Counted from the stretch's first letter, positions 46,840 to 59,192 are shown. The stretch: DNA of 64,000 bases from Mobula hypostoma (GCF_963921235.1 NC_086108.1:75952001-76016000); one strand, 5' to 3'. Notes: generated from the sequence alone by a model not told the origin. Translations and numbers: made by a program.

Positions 46840-46900
46840 CACCACAGATTCACCGAGTTTAAACCTGCGTCGCTCAAATTGACATCGCCGCACGCAACGA
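46840..46900 (-). other. CCDC163: Probable non-coding first exon of the CCDC163-like gene (5' end undefined)
   Basis: Strong minus-strand donor GTG|gtgagt at 46840/46839 in the CpG-rich region; the first coding exon has an acceptor, so an upstream exon is required. Confidence 0.55.
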
Positions 46901-46906
46901 AGGGTG

Positions 46907-46925
46907 TTCTGGGAACTGTAGTTTC
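46907..46925 (-). promoter_or_regulatory. SBS motif (ZNF143/THAP11-HCFC1): GAAACTACAGTTCCCAGAA
   Basis: Reverse complement of ttctgggaactgtagtttc matches ACTACAnnTCCCA. Confidence 0.8.
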
Positions 46926-46976
46926 ATCCTCTCGTTTCCATGTGTACCGGATGTGGCGTCATGGGGGTGTGTGGAC

Positions 46977-47048
46977 ATGTCGTCTTCAATACAGCGCCGG
47001 TTGGATGAGCTGCTGAGTCCATATGGTTTTCAGTGCAATCCTTTCAGG
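46977..47048 (+). CDS. MMACHC: MMACHC coding exon 1 ([24 protein letters not shown])
   Basis: ATG at 46977 is in frame with the PYGF..PF motif; donor AGG|gtgaat at 47049. The exact start is uncertain because of upstream out-of-frame ATGs. Confidence 0.85.
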
Positions 47049-50000
47049 GTGAATATGTCTTTATAACATGATCTGTTGAAGGGCTGACGTCTTAGGTTCG
47101 AGGAAGGCTTGAGTTCTGGGGCTTACACATGAGGTTGTTGCAGGTGGTTGGGTTGTTGGCGTGTGATCTCCTTGGCTGCAGCGTGCTTCAGGTTGAGATG
47201 TTCGGTACTTTCCTGCGCTTTCTTTCGTAATTTTTATTCTTCACTGTCCAGAGCAAAATACCTCGTTTTTGCGAAGAGTCTTTGAGACCGTCATTTGCAG
47301 TGTTCTCTTTGAACTCTTCTGGTGTGAGAAATTGAAAGATAATTTTCCTTAACGATTCAAAACCGCTTTAGCTGTCGGAAACAAAGGGTGTGTGACCAAT
47401 GGTATTCTACGAGGATAATGCTGGCACTGCTGATTTTTGTGTGTGTTTTATATATATATATATATATATATAACTTCTATTGCATCATGTGTTGCATTGT
47501 GCTGCTGCTAAGTAACAAATGTCAGGCCACAAGCTGGTGATGATAAACCTGATTCTTAGGAGTGTTGATGCATAGAGAGATCTTGGGGTGCTATCTCGCT
47601 GAAAGTGGCAATACAAGTCGATAGGGTGGTAAAGGAAATGTATGGTGTACTTGCCTTCATAGTCAGAGTGTTGCACATAAACATTTTTAATCCATATTGT
47701 AGTTGTATAAAACTTTGGATAGGCTACATTTAAAGTATTGTGTGCCTCAATACAGGAATAATTTGGTGGTTCCAGAGAGAGTGTACTTTGATATTTCCTG
47801 GATTATTTTCTGGGGAGCAATGGAAAAGGTGAAGAGGTGACCTGATCAAATAATGAGAGGCAAGATAGTCAACCTTTTTTTCCTGGAATGGAAGTGTCAA
47901 ATACTAAAGAACATGGCTTTTAGGTGTGTGTGTGGGGGGAAAGAGTTTAAAGCAGGGGTTCCCAACCTGGTGATCATGGACTCTGTGCTTAATGATATTG
48001 GTCCATGGCATAAAGGTTGGGAACCCCTGGTTTAGTGATATTTGAGGATTTTTTTTTACACAGAGAGGAATGTAGATGCTTGGAGCATGCTGAAAGCAGA
48101 AATGATAGCAATGTTTAACAGCCATTTAGACCTGCACATGAACAGGGTATTGCAAGGTACATGGGTAGGAAATATTCGGAGGGATATGGCTCAAATATTG
48201 GCAAATAGGACAAGCTTAAAGGGGCATCTTGGTTGGCATGGGTGAGTTGGACTAAAGGGCAATGTTCGCTCTCAGGTGTGAGCATGCACTTATCTTTTGC
48301 TACTAGCACTCAAAGGAATTTAAACTGCACACCAACTCTACCTCATTGGTGTGTTAAGTGAATTTCATGATCCTACACAATCACATTTCCTTTTCCGGTT
48401 TCTGATGTGGACAGTGTTGATAACGTGGAGTTTGTAGTGATTTGTCTGCAGGTTTTATAACTGGCTTAATTATGTTGTTTTTTTTTGTGGGGAAATTATT
48501 CAGTGCGCACCTATTGTTGACACTGGGCAAAATTGCACAGCACAAGATTTTTGTGCACACTGGTCATTACAGATTGGAGGGAACATTCCTAAAGAGCCTG
48601 CTTCCATGGTGTATAACTACAACTCTTTAATGGACAATGAATTGATAGATATAGATCACATGCAGGCAGATGCACAGTTTAAATCAGCATCATGGTCAGC
48701 ACTGAGTCGAAGAACACAACCACAGGTTTTAAGAGTCTCAATGTTGGAGATGTTGGCCAGGGTGTGAACACTGATGCTGGGTTGCCAATCCTGTTAATCC
48801 ACTTAGAAAATTTTGCAAGGTGCTAATATTTCGCCTGGACTTGAGGAGCTGACTGTGTCTCCATGTTTCTGAAACCTGCAGGAGCTTGAAAATCACTTCT
48901 GGTCATTCAGCTTAGAGCGGGTGTGGAAGTTTGTTTTTGAGTACAGTATGTCTTTCTTCAGTCTGCAGACTGTTTTAGCTCACTTGATGCTCCCTTTGCT
49001 AAAAGGTAGCTTCCAAGATATAGAAAGAAATCCACATTTTCCAGCATCTCATTGTGGATCTTGATTACTTTGAATGGAAGAAGCAGATTTGTGGAGGACT
49101 TTGGAACGCTAGCGTAAAGCCCACCTGTTTGTTCAGTTACATAAAGCAATCACTGATGTCTTGAACCTTGGCTACTGTATACATTGGCAAGTATCATCTG
49201 CATACTCTATCAGTGACAGAGGTTTGGTGATCTTGGCTCTGGAGCAGAGATATCAAAGCTTGAATAGTTTCATGTTTGTCCCACAGATTAATTCTTTTTC
49301 AGCAAGGAGATACCTGCATACCTCTTAAACTTAGATGCTTTTGCATTGCCAAATATAATCGTACCTCCATCAGATGCAAAGGATTTTAGCACTGGAATTC
49401 CCTTCCAGTATTTCTCTGCCTCTTCCCTTTTCTCCTTTATAAAATATTTTAAAGCCTTTCTTTCTTAGCCTTTTCTCCTACTGTTATGTGATTTAGAACT
49501 AGTTTTTCCTGTGTGTTGATTATTGTTGGCTAAATTGATATATGGGTAAATCTGTTGGGAGAAATGCTAAAGATTGCACATGATTTGCACTGGATTGGAA
49601 TGGCTTACATTGGTATGGAAGGCACAAACATCTTGACAGTTGTTCACCTGGGATATTGCAACTATAGTCTATAGTAATTCTCCCTGTAAAGCCCCAGGCC
49701 TCTCCAATACCCCACCACTGCATTTTGAACCTCCGCCCTACTAGATCTGATGCAGGAGTGGCGACTGCATTCAGTTCAATTTATATAAACAGCAATGAAG
49801 GATAAAGATAGGTTGGGAAACTTGTACACTATTTTCTTAATATTGTTTGCTTAATTGAAATGTAATTAATTTGGACACTAAGGTTTTTGACAGTGTGACC
49901 GACTGAGTTAGTTTTTCAGTGCTTTGTTTGTTTTGGCAAGGCTTATTCTGTTCTTACTATATGATGGTATTTGTGTTTCAGCCTTTACTAATGAAACTGG

Positions 50001-53000
50001 AGCCAACTTTAACAAGGGCCTTGCTGTAAACATGAAGTCTACAGAGCAAGGGACCATGTGATTTGTATGTTTCACTGTGGGGAGGGTTTGGGTTGTGCAT
50101 GCGTGCTGTTAGCAACTAACCAGAAGATCTGAGACTTGTTTTAATATTTTGTAGCAATTCGGATTGGTTCCCCATTACGTTCTGTTGGTTGATTTATGAT
50201 TGTTTTGTTTTCCTTTAACAGATTCATTGGTATAATGCTGTTGTACAGCCTTGCTTTCACCTACAGTACCCAGGTGACACTTTGGCCTTTATTGTTCTCA
50301 GCACGCCCCAGATGTTTGAGAAAGCCTTCAAACCTTTCCTTACAATCAGGCAGTTACAAGGTGTCCGGGATCCTATTGATGAATGTGTTGCTCATTATTT
50401 CTCTCTCGTGAGGAAAGTAAAGAAACTCTGCTTTTTTTCTAACTAAACTTGGGATTCTGAACAAACTGATTTATAAATCATTTATAAGGGATACTACCAC
50501 AAACTATTGATTGCCTGGACTAAAGGAAAATTAAATAATCTAATTTTAATTATGCATTTAATTTAATGATGCCATTCCTATTATTTTGTTTAAATGTAAA
50601 ATTAACAATTGATATTTTTAACTGTAATGCCTTTCTCTGAGTGTTTTGCTCCATGTAACTGCTTGTCTATAAAATTGCTAATGTGCTGGGGAAATGAGAA
50701 CGTTGGATGTTTTTCTGAAGGTGGTGTTGGGAGAAGTACGAAAAATTAATTTGGTTAAATAGATTTTATTGAATTTCTTGGGAGAAGAATAAAACTAGCT
50801 GTTTTATGGAATCTTAAATTAAGCCAAATAATTTGAAGGGCAAATGACAGGAAATAAACAAAGTTGACTTTTGAATAGGGACTTGCAAAGCAGGATCAAG
50901 ATTATAGGGGGAGATAACTTTGGAATTGTTTAAGTTCGGGAATTCTAATTTTAAGTCTGTGAAATGGGTTTTTGAGGGTTGAGTTGGGAGAGTGAAGCAG
51001 GGGATAAATGAACCAGCATAAGCTCAATCGTCACCTCGTGCAGAACTAAATATGAGCGAGAATTGTACTTAAGCTGAAGTTAATGGAAAAGAAACAGTTA
51101 ATTGGTGGAATATTTCAGTCTAGATGTGACAAAAATGAATCAAAATTAGGGTTGGATAATATGGAAATGGAAGTACATTGATGATGGAAAGCTGGTTTGA
51201 TAGAACAAATAATACCAAGTTGAAACTGCAGGTCTTCTCTGGTCCTGATAGGATTCTATTCTACTAAAAATGCCTGGACCAGGTCTACCAGTCTCCCAAA
51301 TGTTCACTTCAAAGTATTTGGCTGTACATAATTGGATGTTTGTAATATGGGGAGTATCTGTCATCTGATATATGAAAGATATTGGTGTTTATCAGAATTT
51401 GGTTTCTGAAAATTGACTTGTGTTTTGATATTAGCAATAACTACTTCAAAAAGTGACTGAAGATCGGATGACAGTTTTTAGAGTAGAAGGTGTAGTCATA
51501 ATAAAGAAGTGAACCTGACATTGGTGATTAGGAAGAAGGCATGTTTTATCAGGAATTGAAAGAGGGAGATGAGCTGGGGACAAGTTGGCCTTAGGGTATG
51601 TAGAGATGGTTAAGATGGTGATGGTTTGATTTCATGGACAATGGCAAAAAGCAGCAGAGTCAACTATGATTAAAGATTGATTAGTGGGGTACAATATAAA
51701 TTTCCATTGTTTTAAAATATTAAGTACTTAGAGTCATAGAACACAAACAGGCCCTTTCATCCATCTAGACTGTGCCAGCCTGGTTTTTGCTTAGTTCCAC
51801 CTACCTGCACACAGACCTTAGCCCTCCATACCATTTATCCAAAAGTCTTAGGCACGTATGTGTAGCTGGGGTACTGTACTGTACCTATCCAAGCTTCTCT
51901 TAAAATGACTACTTCTCTAGTCAGTTAAGGTGATGGATTTGTTCTATATTAGGTACCCCTTTACCTTTTGTATATTATTGTAATAAATGGCAATTATCTG
52001 GCACTAAGAAAATAATAAGTTTTCTTATTTACTTGCTTTAGAATTTTCCTGATCAGAGGATTGTAACTATCCATGACTTTGAACTGCTTCCTAATCGAAG
52101 GCCTAAGGTTCTGGTACAGTCAGCTGCACATGTGGCTGGAGCAGCCTATTATTACCAAATGAAGGATGTGCAGCAAAACCCCTGGGGAGCAAAAGTAAGA
52201 ATGAAATAAACTACTGGCTTCTGCTAATTGAATTTTGAATTGCTACATTTTAAATGTTATCGTAAATACAGTTTTTATAACCTTGGCCTCATGCAATAAT
52301 TTATCAGTGAACCAAATTCAAATTTCTTGTAATTCTGCATCCCTTTACGACATCTATTCTCACTTCTCCTATGTTCTTCTTTACAACCCCACTCATTGTC
52401 ATAGAGTACTACAACAGGGGAACAGTCCCTATGGCCCAACTGGTCCAAGCAGACCACAGCACCGCGACTAGTCCCAGTTACCTGTGTTCAGCTCATAACC
52501 TCCTAAGCCTTCCCCTCCACGTATCTATCCAAATTCCTCCTAAATGTTGCATTTATTCCAGGTAGTCATGAGGCCCTGGACTCACGGTCTGTGGTCTGTG
52601 TTGACCATGGAAGTTGCGTTCCAGCTGTCTACGTGATACACAAGCCAGGGCAGTACAATACGGAGAGCAAGCTATTGCTGTCCTCACAGCTGATGAATCC
52701 AAAAGAACAGCACAGACCAATAAAGTGGGGTACCAACAGCCTCACAGGAGTTGCCAGTAAGCATTGAACTCAACGTAGGACTGCCTTAGGGACTCCAGCT
52801 CTGGATTATTTCCTTGGGTTTACTCCCAAAGTCTTCCCTGTGAGGGTGGGTATAGCTGCAAGGCATCAGATATTTGAGATCAGAGTTTTCCTTTTCCTAG
52901 ACAAGTTGCCAACCATGACTGACTAGCCCCATCTACCTGAAACATCTGGTTTTAAGGTGCCAGTAACCTGCCTTTGCCCCTTCTCCTGGCAGTAGAAATA

Positions 53001-56000
53001 CAGTGGCATGCAAAAGTTTGGGCACCCTGGTCAAAATTTCTCTTACTGTGACTAGTTAAGTGAGTAGAAGATGAACTGATCTCCAAAAGTCATAAAGTTA
53101 AAGATGAAACATTCTTTTCAACATTTTAAGCAAGATTAGTGTATTATTTTTGTCTTGTACAATTTTAGAGTGAGAAAAAGGAAAGGAGCACCATGCAAAA
53201 GTTTGGGCACCCCATAGAGATTTGAGCTCTCAGATAACTTTTACCAAGGTCTCAGACCTTAATTAGCTTGTTAAGGCTATGGTTTTTTTTCACAGTCATT
53301 GTTAGGAAAGGCCAGGTGATGCAAATTTCAAAGCTTCATAGATACCCTGTCTCCTCAAATCTTGTCCCGACAATCAGCAGCCATGGGCTCCTCTAAGCAG
53401 CTGCCTAGCACTCTGAAAATTAAAATAAAATGATGCCCACAAAGCAGGAGAAGGCTATAAGAAGATAGCAAAGCATTTTCAGGTAGCCGTTTCCTCAGTT
53501 CGTAATGTAATTAAGAAATGGCAGTTAACAGGAACGGTGGAGGTCAAGTTGAAGTCTGGAAGACCAAGAAAACTTTCCGAGAGAACTGCTCATAGGATTG
53601 CTAGAAAGGCAAATCCAAATCAAAGCCCCCATTTGACTGCAAAAGACCTTCAGGAAGATTTAGCAGACTCTGGAGTGGTGGTGCACTGTTCTACTGTGCA
53701 GCGACACCTGCACAAATATGACCTTCAGGGAAGAGTCATCAGAAGAAAACCTTTCCTGCGTCCTCACCACAAAATTCAGCGTCAGAAGTTTGCAAAGGAA
53801 CATCTAAACAAGCCCGATGTATTTTGGAAACAAGTCATGTGGACTGATGACGTTAAAATAGAACTTTTTGGCCGCAGTGAGAAAAGGTATGTTTGAAGGA
53901 AAAAGGGTGCAGAATTTGATGAAAAGAATACCTCTCCAACTGTTAAGCACGGGGATGGATCGATTATGCTTTGGGCTTGTGTTGCAGCCAGTGACACGAG
54001 GAACGTTTCACTGCTAGAGGGAAGAATTAATTCAATTAAATACCAGCAAATTCTGGAAGCAAACGTCACACCGTCTGTAAAAAAGCTGAAGATGAAAAGA
54101 GGATAGTTTCTACAACAGGATAATGATCCTAAACACACCTCAAAATCCACAATGGACTACCTCAAGAGGCACAAGCTGAAGGTTTTGCCATGGCCCTCGC
54201 AGTCCCCTGACCTAAACGTCATCGAGAATCTGTGGATAGACCTCAAAAGAGCAGTGCATGCAAGATGGCCCAAGAATCTCACAGAACTATAAGCCTTTTG
54301 CAAGGAAGAATGGGCGAAAATTCCCCAAACAAGAATTGAAAGACTCTTAGCTGGCTACAGAAAGCGTTTACAAGCTGTGATACTTGCCAAATTGGGTGTT
54401 ACTGACCATGCAAGGTGTCCAAACTTTTGCTTCGGGCCCTTTTCCTTTTTTGTTATTTTGAAACTGTAAAAGATGGAAATAAGAAAGTACTCTTGCTCAA
54501 AATATGAAAGAAATGTGTCGCCTTTAACTTCATGCCTTTTGGAAATCAGGTCATCTTTTACTCGCTTAGCTATTCACAGTAACAAATTTTGACCGGGGTG
54601 CCCAAACTTTTGCATGCCACTGTAGTTCCGCCGAGCTTAGTAGCTAAGGGACACGTGAAGGTCAGAAGCTGGACTTTGTTGTCAGAGGCCATTTGAGACA
54701 CCGCCATTGGAGCATTTAATAGGTAATGGGACCTTATCCCACCACCCTCCCTCCCACTATAACAAAGTTAAGATACTCACTACCTTCTGTATGTAAAGAA
54801 TTTACCTCATAGGTCTTTTAAGTCTCTCCCCTCTCATCTTGTATCTGTGCACTCTAGTTTTGGATTCCGCACCCCTGGATAACAGACTATGACCATCCAC
54901 CTTATCCTTATCATTTATGATTTTTTAAATTTCTGAGGTCAACTCTCATTCTTCTACATTCCAGGGAATGTCAAAGATCCTGTGTGCCCTACCTAGTCCA
55001 GGCAAAATTTGTAATTATCTTCTGCAGCTTGACTATGCCTTTCCTGTAACAGCGACCAATACTGTACATCATAATAATCCAAATATGGTCTCACCAACGA
55101 ATGATATTCACTGCCCTACTTTCTTCTATCCCCTTTGTTATCTCTTGGAAAAAAAACTCCAAAAGATTAATCAGACATGATTTCCCATGCACAAATCTAT
55201 GGTATTTCTGATGAGGCTTTGATAATCCCAAATGGTAGATCTTGTGTCTCAGAATTCCCTCCAGTAACTTCATTACAACAGAAGTAAGGCTCACCAGCAT
55301 GTAGTGCCCTGGATTGTCTTTGCTATCCTTCTTAAACAATGGAATATTAGCCCCCTCCAGGCTTCTGGTACTTCACCAGTGGATAATGGGAAAAAAAGCC
55401 ACAAATATCTGTACAAGGGCAATTTCTTCCCTGATCTCCCATAAGATCTGGAGGTACATTTGGTCGGGTCTTGGGGATTTGCTCACCTTAATATGCTTCA
55501 AGGTTGCAGAAATGTTCGTCCTCATATGTTCCAAGACCTTCACTTCTTTGGCATTCATTATATTCACCTTATTAAACCTCAAGGAGAAATGGACATTAAA
55601 AACCTTGGCTCCACACATGGATAGCCTTGATACTCTAAGAGGATCAAGTCTTTCCATAGTCACCCTTTTGCTGTTCATATAACTGAACTACTTTTTGGGA
55701 TTTTGTGTAACCCTGACTGCCAAATCCAATTCACTGGACCCAAAGTGCTCCCAAACTGCCACTTCAGTTGCTCCTGACTTGTTCCCTAAGAGGAGGTCCA
55801 GTATTGCTCCTTTCTGAGTGGGCTGTTCTATATATTGTGTGAGGAAACTCTCTTGGATTCATCACACGAATTTCACCCCAACCAGGCCTTTTACCCTCTG
55901 AGTGAACCAGTCCATAATGGGACATTAAATCTGTGAGCAAGCAAATCTCAAGGTTGCATAATTTATATATTCTTTGATAAGCATACTCAAATCATGAAAA

Positions 56001-59000
56001 ATTGAAATTTCTCTCTTGCACAACTCTACTATTATCACAACTGCATGAAATTTCTGGACACATCAATACAAGGAGCATAACTTGAAGGTGTTAGGAGGAA
56101 AGTGGGGGGGGGATGTCAGAAGTAGGTTTTTTTTTACATAGTAAGTGTATGGAACGTGCTGTCAGGGGTGGTGATAGAGGCAGATACATTAGGGACATTT
56201 AAGAGACTTAAGTAGTGTTACGTACCCCGTAACTGGGTTGCCAAACCAGCAGAAATGGATCACTCAGTTGGAGTCTGGATTACTGGAACTAAGAAAGTTT
56301 TATTAAAGAAATAAGCAACACAGTACTCTAATCAAAAGGATAATAAATACAACAGTTCAGCAATGATAAACACACATGTACACAGAACTAGGATAATAGG
56401 ATCAATCAAGCTCTGTCGTTGTCTAGGTGTAAATGACCAGTTTCAAAGTGACGCAAAGTTCAGTTCAGTTCACAGTAATCACTGCCGTGCTGGTGGATGG
56501 GCGGGGGGGGGTGGGGTGGGGGGAGGAGAGAGAGGGTGAAAGCGAATGAATATTCAAAACGGCTTCCGCACAGACTTTCGATATTCCTCACAGTCAGCTT
56601 TCAGGCGAGCCCTTTGTAATGTCATCTGAGGTCACCGACTGTGACCCCTCTGTTTCAGATACGATCGTTCCTCAGCGGTGAACCCGGCACCCAGGCAAGG
56701 GCGGACACACACCAGGTTCCTGCCGATCGTACCTTTCCACCCTGTGCGTCTCTGGCTTGGTCCCACGACCAGCCCTCCAAAAACTCCCACCGACTTGTGG
56801 GAGGCGCACCGCTTCCAGGGTCTCGTTACCTCGTGGTGTTGTGTGTGTCTTGCCTTAGCGAACCTGTCCCTTTTTATCCCCCTGCTGGGATATCGCCTGT
56901 CCATCACACTTCAAACAGTTCAGGGTTCAAAAAGGAGCCGATCTTGACAATTACTCAGACCAGTGTCTCCTTCCGTTAAACTCTCTCGTCTCATTAACAT
57001 TTCCAAATGCTGCTCCATTGTCTTATTTATCTCTCTTTCTCCTGAAGACAGGTGGCAGGTCAGCTGTTGATCCCACTGGTACCAGCACAGGGCAGTTAAC
57101 ATCTTAGTCTATGTGTACTTTCTGTAACCCTCTTTCGTCACAGTAGGCACATGGCTGAAAGAAAGATTGATGGCAATATGGTAGAGAAGGGTTAAACTGA
57201 CCTCGGAGTAGTTTAAAAGATTGACAGAACATCACAGTCCAAAGGGCCTGTAACTTGCTGTACTATTATATGTTGTATCTGTTCCTCAAGTTTCTGCTAA
57301 TTATTGTGGGTCCATAAAATAGTCCTTCCACAATGACTATCTCTTTCTTAATTCTAAGTTCTACCCAAATGGCCTCAGATGAATCCTCAAGAGTATCCTA
57401 GGCACTGCAACACTTTATCAAAAAGCAACAGTCCCTTCATGCCTACCTGTTCTTGTTCCACACAAAACATCGGTATCCCAGAATTTTGAATTGCCAGTCC
57501 TGTCCTTCTCTCAGCCACATTTCGCTTATGGCCGCAATATCCAAATCCCTAGAGGCAATCCATGCCCACAGTTCTTACACTTTCCCTGTTACACTACATG
57601 TATTGAAGTAGATGCAGTTTAAAGCAGAAGTCCCATCTGCCCTTTTACTGTAAACATGGCTATCCTAATTTCCAGGCTTGAATGCTGTTTTCTCACTGAC
57701 TTTGCTCTTGAGTCCCACGCCCCTGCCAGTCTAGTTTAAACCATTCCTGGTAGCAAAAGGAAATTTCTCCACTGGAATATTGGTACTCCTCTAATCCAAA
57801 TGCAATCTGTCCAAGTATAGGTCACTTCACTTGTGAAGGTAAAAAGCCTGCACATTCTGTGTCAAATGTGACTGAAAGTTTTTGGGTCTTTGTGTTTACA
57901 GACATTTTCCCTTTGTATTTAAATGCAGTTTAGTCTTAATTAATGTCTTGTGGAATTGATGAAAAAAATGTGCACATTATTCTAAAGATCTTGCGAAACA
58001 TTTTAAACAAAACGGTGGAAGGAGAAATACAGGCGAACAATTAATTGTGACTATTTAAATAGGCTTCTAGCTATTTGCCCATTCTTTATCCCTTAAATAA
58101 CATTAAAACAAAATGTTTGTTACATTTTTTAAAGATTTTTGTTTTGATTGTCTTGTTACATTACAATGGTGACAACATGACTAAATTAGCTGTCAGCTGC
58201 AGTGGGACGATGTGAGATCGTAAAATCAAGATTTTCTTCATCATGACAGAGTAACTTGCATAAATATCACAAAAGGTGTCTCATAGTAGTGATATATGTG
58301 TCCTAGCCTAACAATTTCTTATGAAATCATAAGATTTAAAATTGTGTTTTGATTACCCGACATAGCCTGTACTTAGTAACAAAAACCTCATCGAACCATG
58401 ATATGTTCTTTGTGAAACTGCAAAATAGCTTGCTTATGATGTGCAGGGTTTAAAATTAAACTTGTGATGCCTTGTACATGTTAAGTTGCCACTTTTGATC
58501 CTAGCAATGAGGGAAACTTTGTTGCTTATCTGCTGAGAATTATGCTTGATATTGCAGAAAAATTTTATAGTTAGCAGGGCAATATCTGGAGAAGCCAACC
58601 CTTAAACTGGAAGAGCACTATGGTGGCACAACATGTAAGGTTCAAGATGTAACACAAAGTGGAAGAAAATACATTTGTGCCTACATCTCAGTTATTCCAT
58701 TTTGTGAAGAAATGCCAATTGTAGACAAGTTATGGCCTAATAAGAAGTAACTAAGTGTAATATTGTTGAAATATTGAACCACTCCAATAAGTTATCTTTC
58801 AATGGGCATCAATTAGTTTAGAGGTATAAATCTGATGAGATCAGGACACAAATCAATGCATGTCATCCTTTTAACAAATACAAATCTTTTCCTGATAGAA
58901 AATATATGGGGTCTGCATTCATCCACGTTACGGAGGCTGGTTCGCAATACGAGGAGTCCTGATATTTCCAGATGTCCAGGACCCATCCCTGGAGCAAACG

Positions 59001-59192
59001 TTGCCTGTGGACTGTGTTTCAACAGAAGAAAAAAGGATCGAACTGCTTAATAGGTTTAATTTTCACTGGCAGGACTGGACCTACAGAGATATCATTGATG
59101 TAGAGGAAAGGTACTCCGAAGAACAAAGGCAGTACTTTGCTACACGACCTGCTGAAAGATTTAAACTGCTTGAACAGAAAAGTGATCGTTAA
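46977..59192 (+). CDS. MMACHC: MMACHC / CblC cobalamin-processing enzyme; join(46977..47048,50222..50416,52042..52194,58899..59192), 237 aa
   Basis: Four GT-AG, phase-0 exons splice into one ORF with CblC motifs [98 protein letters not shown]. Internal exons of 195 and 153 nt match the human structure as recalled. Confidence 0.97.
47438..47472. repeat. (TG)n/(TA)n microsatellite
   Basis: Seen directly. Confidence 0.9.
47555..48270 (+). mobile_element. Decayed CR1 3' portion
   Basis: RDLGV, QLYKTL and RGDLI remnants. Confidence 0.65.
47953..48029. mobile_element. 77-bp hAT MITE
   Basis: Perfect 15-bp TIR caggggttcccaacc/ggttgggaacccctg; degenerate 8-bp TSD gtttaaag/gtttagtg. Confidence 0.85.
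48730..49370 (-). mobile_element. Decayed RTE-like LINE fragment
   Basis: [16 protein letters not shown] and a YADD-like remnant (gtatgcagatgat on minus). Confidence 0.55.
50222..50416 (+). CDS. MMACHC: MMACHC exon 2 (IHWYNAVV...HYFSLVRK)
   Basis: Acceptor tcctttaacag|, donor |gtaaag, 65 codons open. Confidence 0.95.
52042..52194 (+). CDS. MMACHC: MMACHC exon 3 (NFPDQRIV...NPWGAK)
   Basis: Acceptor cttgctttag|, donor |gtaaga, 51 codons, [11 protein letters not shown] motif. Confidence 0.96.
52562..54770 (-). mobile_element. Non-autonomous retroelement, possibly RTE-related, split by the Tc1 insertion (52562-53000, 54623-54770)
   Basis: Non-coding repeat-like sequence continuous across the Tc1 TA site; family assignment tentative. 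Confidence 0.4.
53001..54622 (+). mobile_element. Full-length Tc1 (DD34E-type) transposon with disrupted transposase (~53383-54405)
   Basis: TA|cagtggcatgcaaaagtttgggcacc...ggtgcccaaacttttgcatgccactg|TA; inner DRs at ~53193 and ~54414; [29 protein letters not shown]; a frameshift and stops. Confidence 0.95.
54775..55930 (-). mobile_element. Decayed CR1
   Basis: [33 protein letters not shown]. Confidence 0.75.
56065..57275 (+). mobile_element. CR1 3' fragment split by a solo LTR
   Basis: TRSITxKVLG...TFKRL before the LTR; 3' UTR gggcctgt...tactattatatgtt after it. Confidence 0.65.
56216..57142 (-). mobile_element. Solo LTR (927 bp)
   Basis: Termini TGTTACG...CGTCACA; 4-bp TSD gtag; minus-strand AATAAA at ~56300 and GATAAAAA at ~56875. 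Confidence 0.8.
58899..59192 (+). CDS. MMACHC: MMACHC exon 4 coding part ([15 protein letters not shown]...EQKSDR*)
   Basis: Acceptor ttttcctgatag|, open to TAA at 59190-59192. Confidence 0.96.
   Translation, partial: KIYGVCIHPRYGGWFAIRGVLIFPDVQDPSLEQTLPVDCVSTEEKRIELLNRFNFHWQDWTYRDIIDVEERYSEEQRQYFATRPAERFKLLEQKSDR

Larger units (their letters stand above)
46640..47200. promoter_or_regulatory. CpG-rich bidirectional promoter shared by MMACHC and the CCDC163-like gene
   Basis: Local CpG enrichment in non-repeat sequence lying between divergent first exons. Confidence 0.75.

Noticed and set aside
46413..46862. Short ORFs next to the promoter (93 aa minus, 68 aa plus)
   Set aside because: No recognisable homology; they fall in intron 1 of the minus gene.
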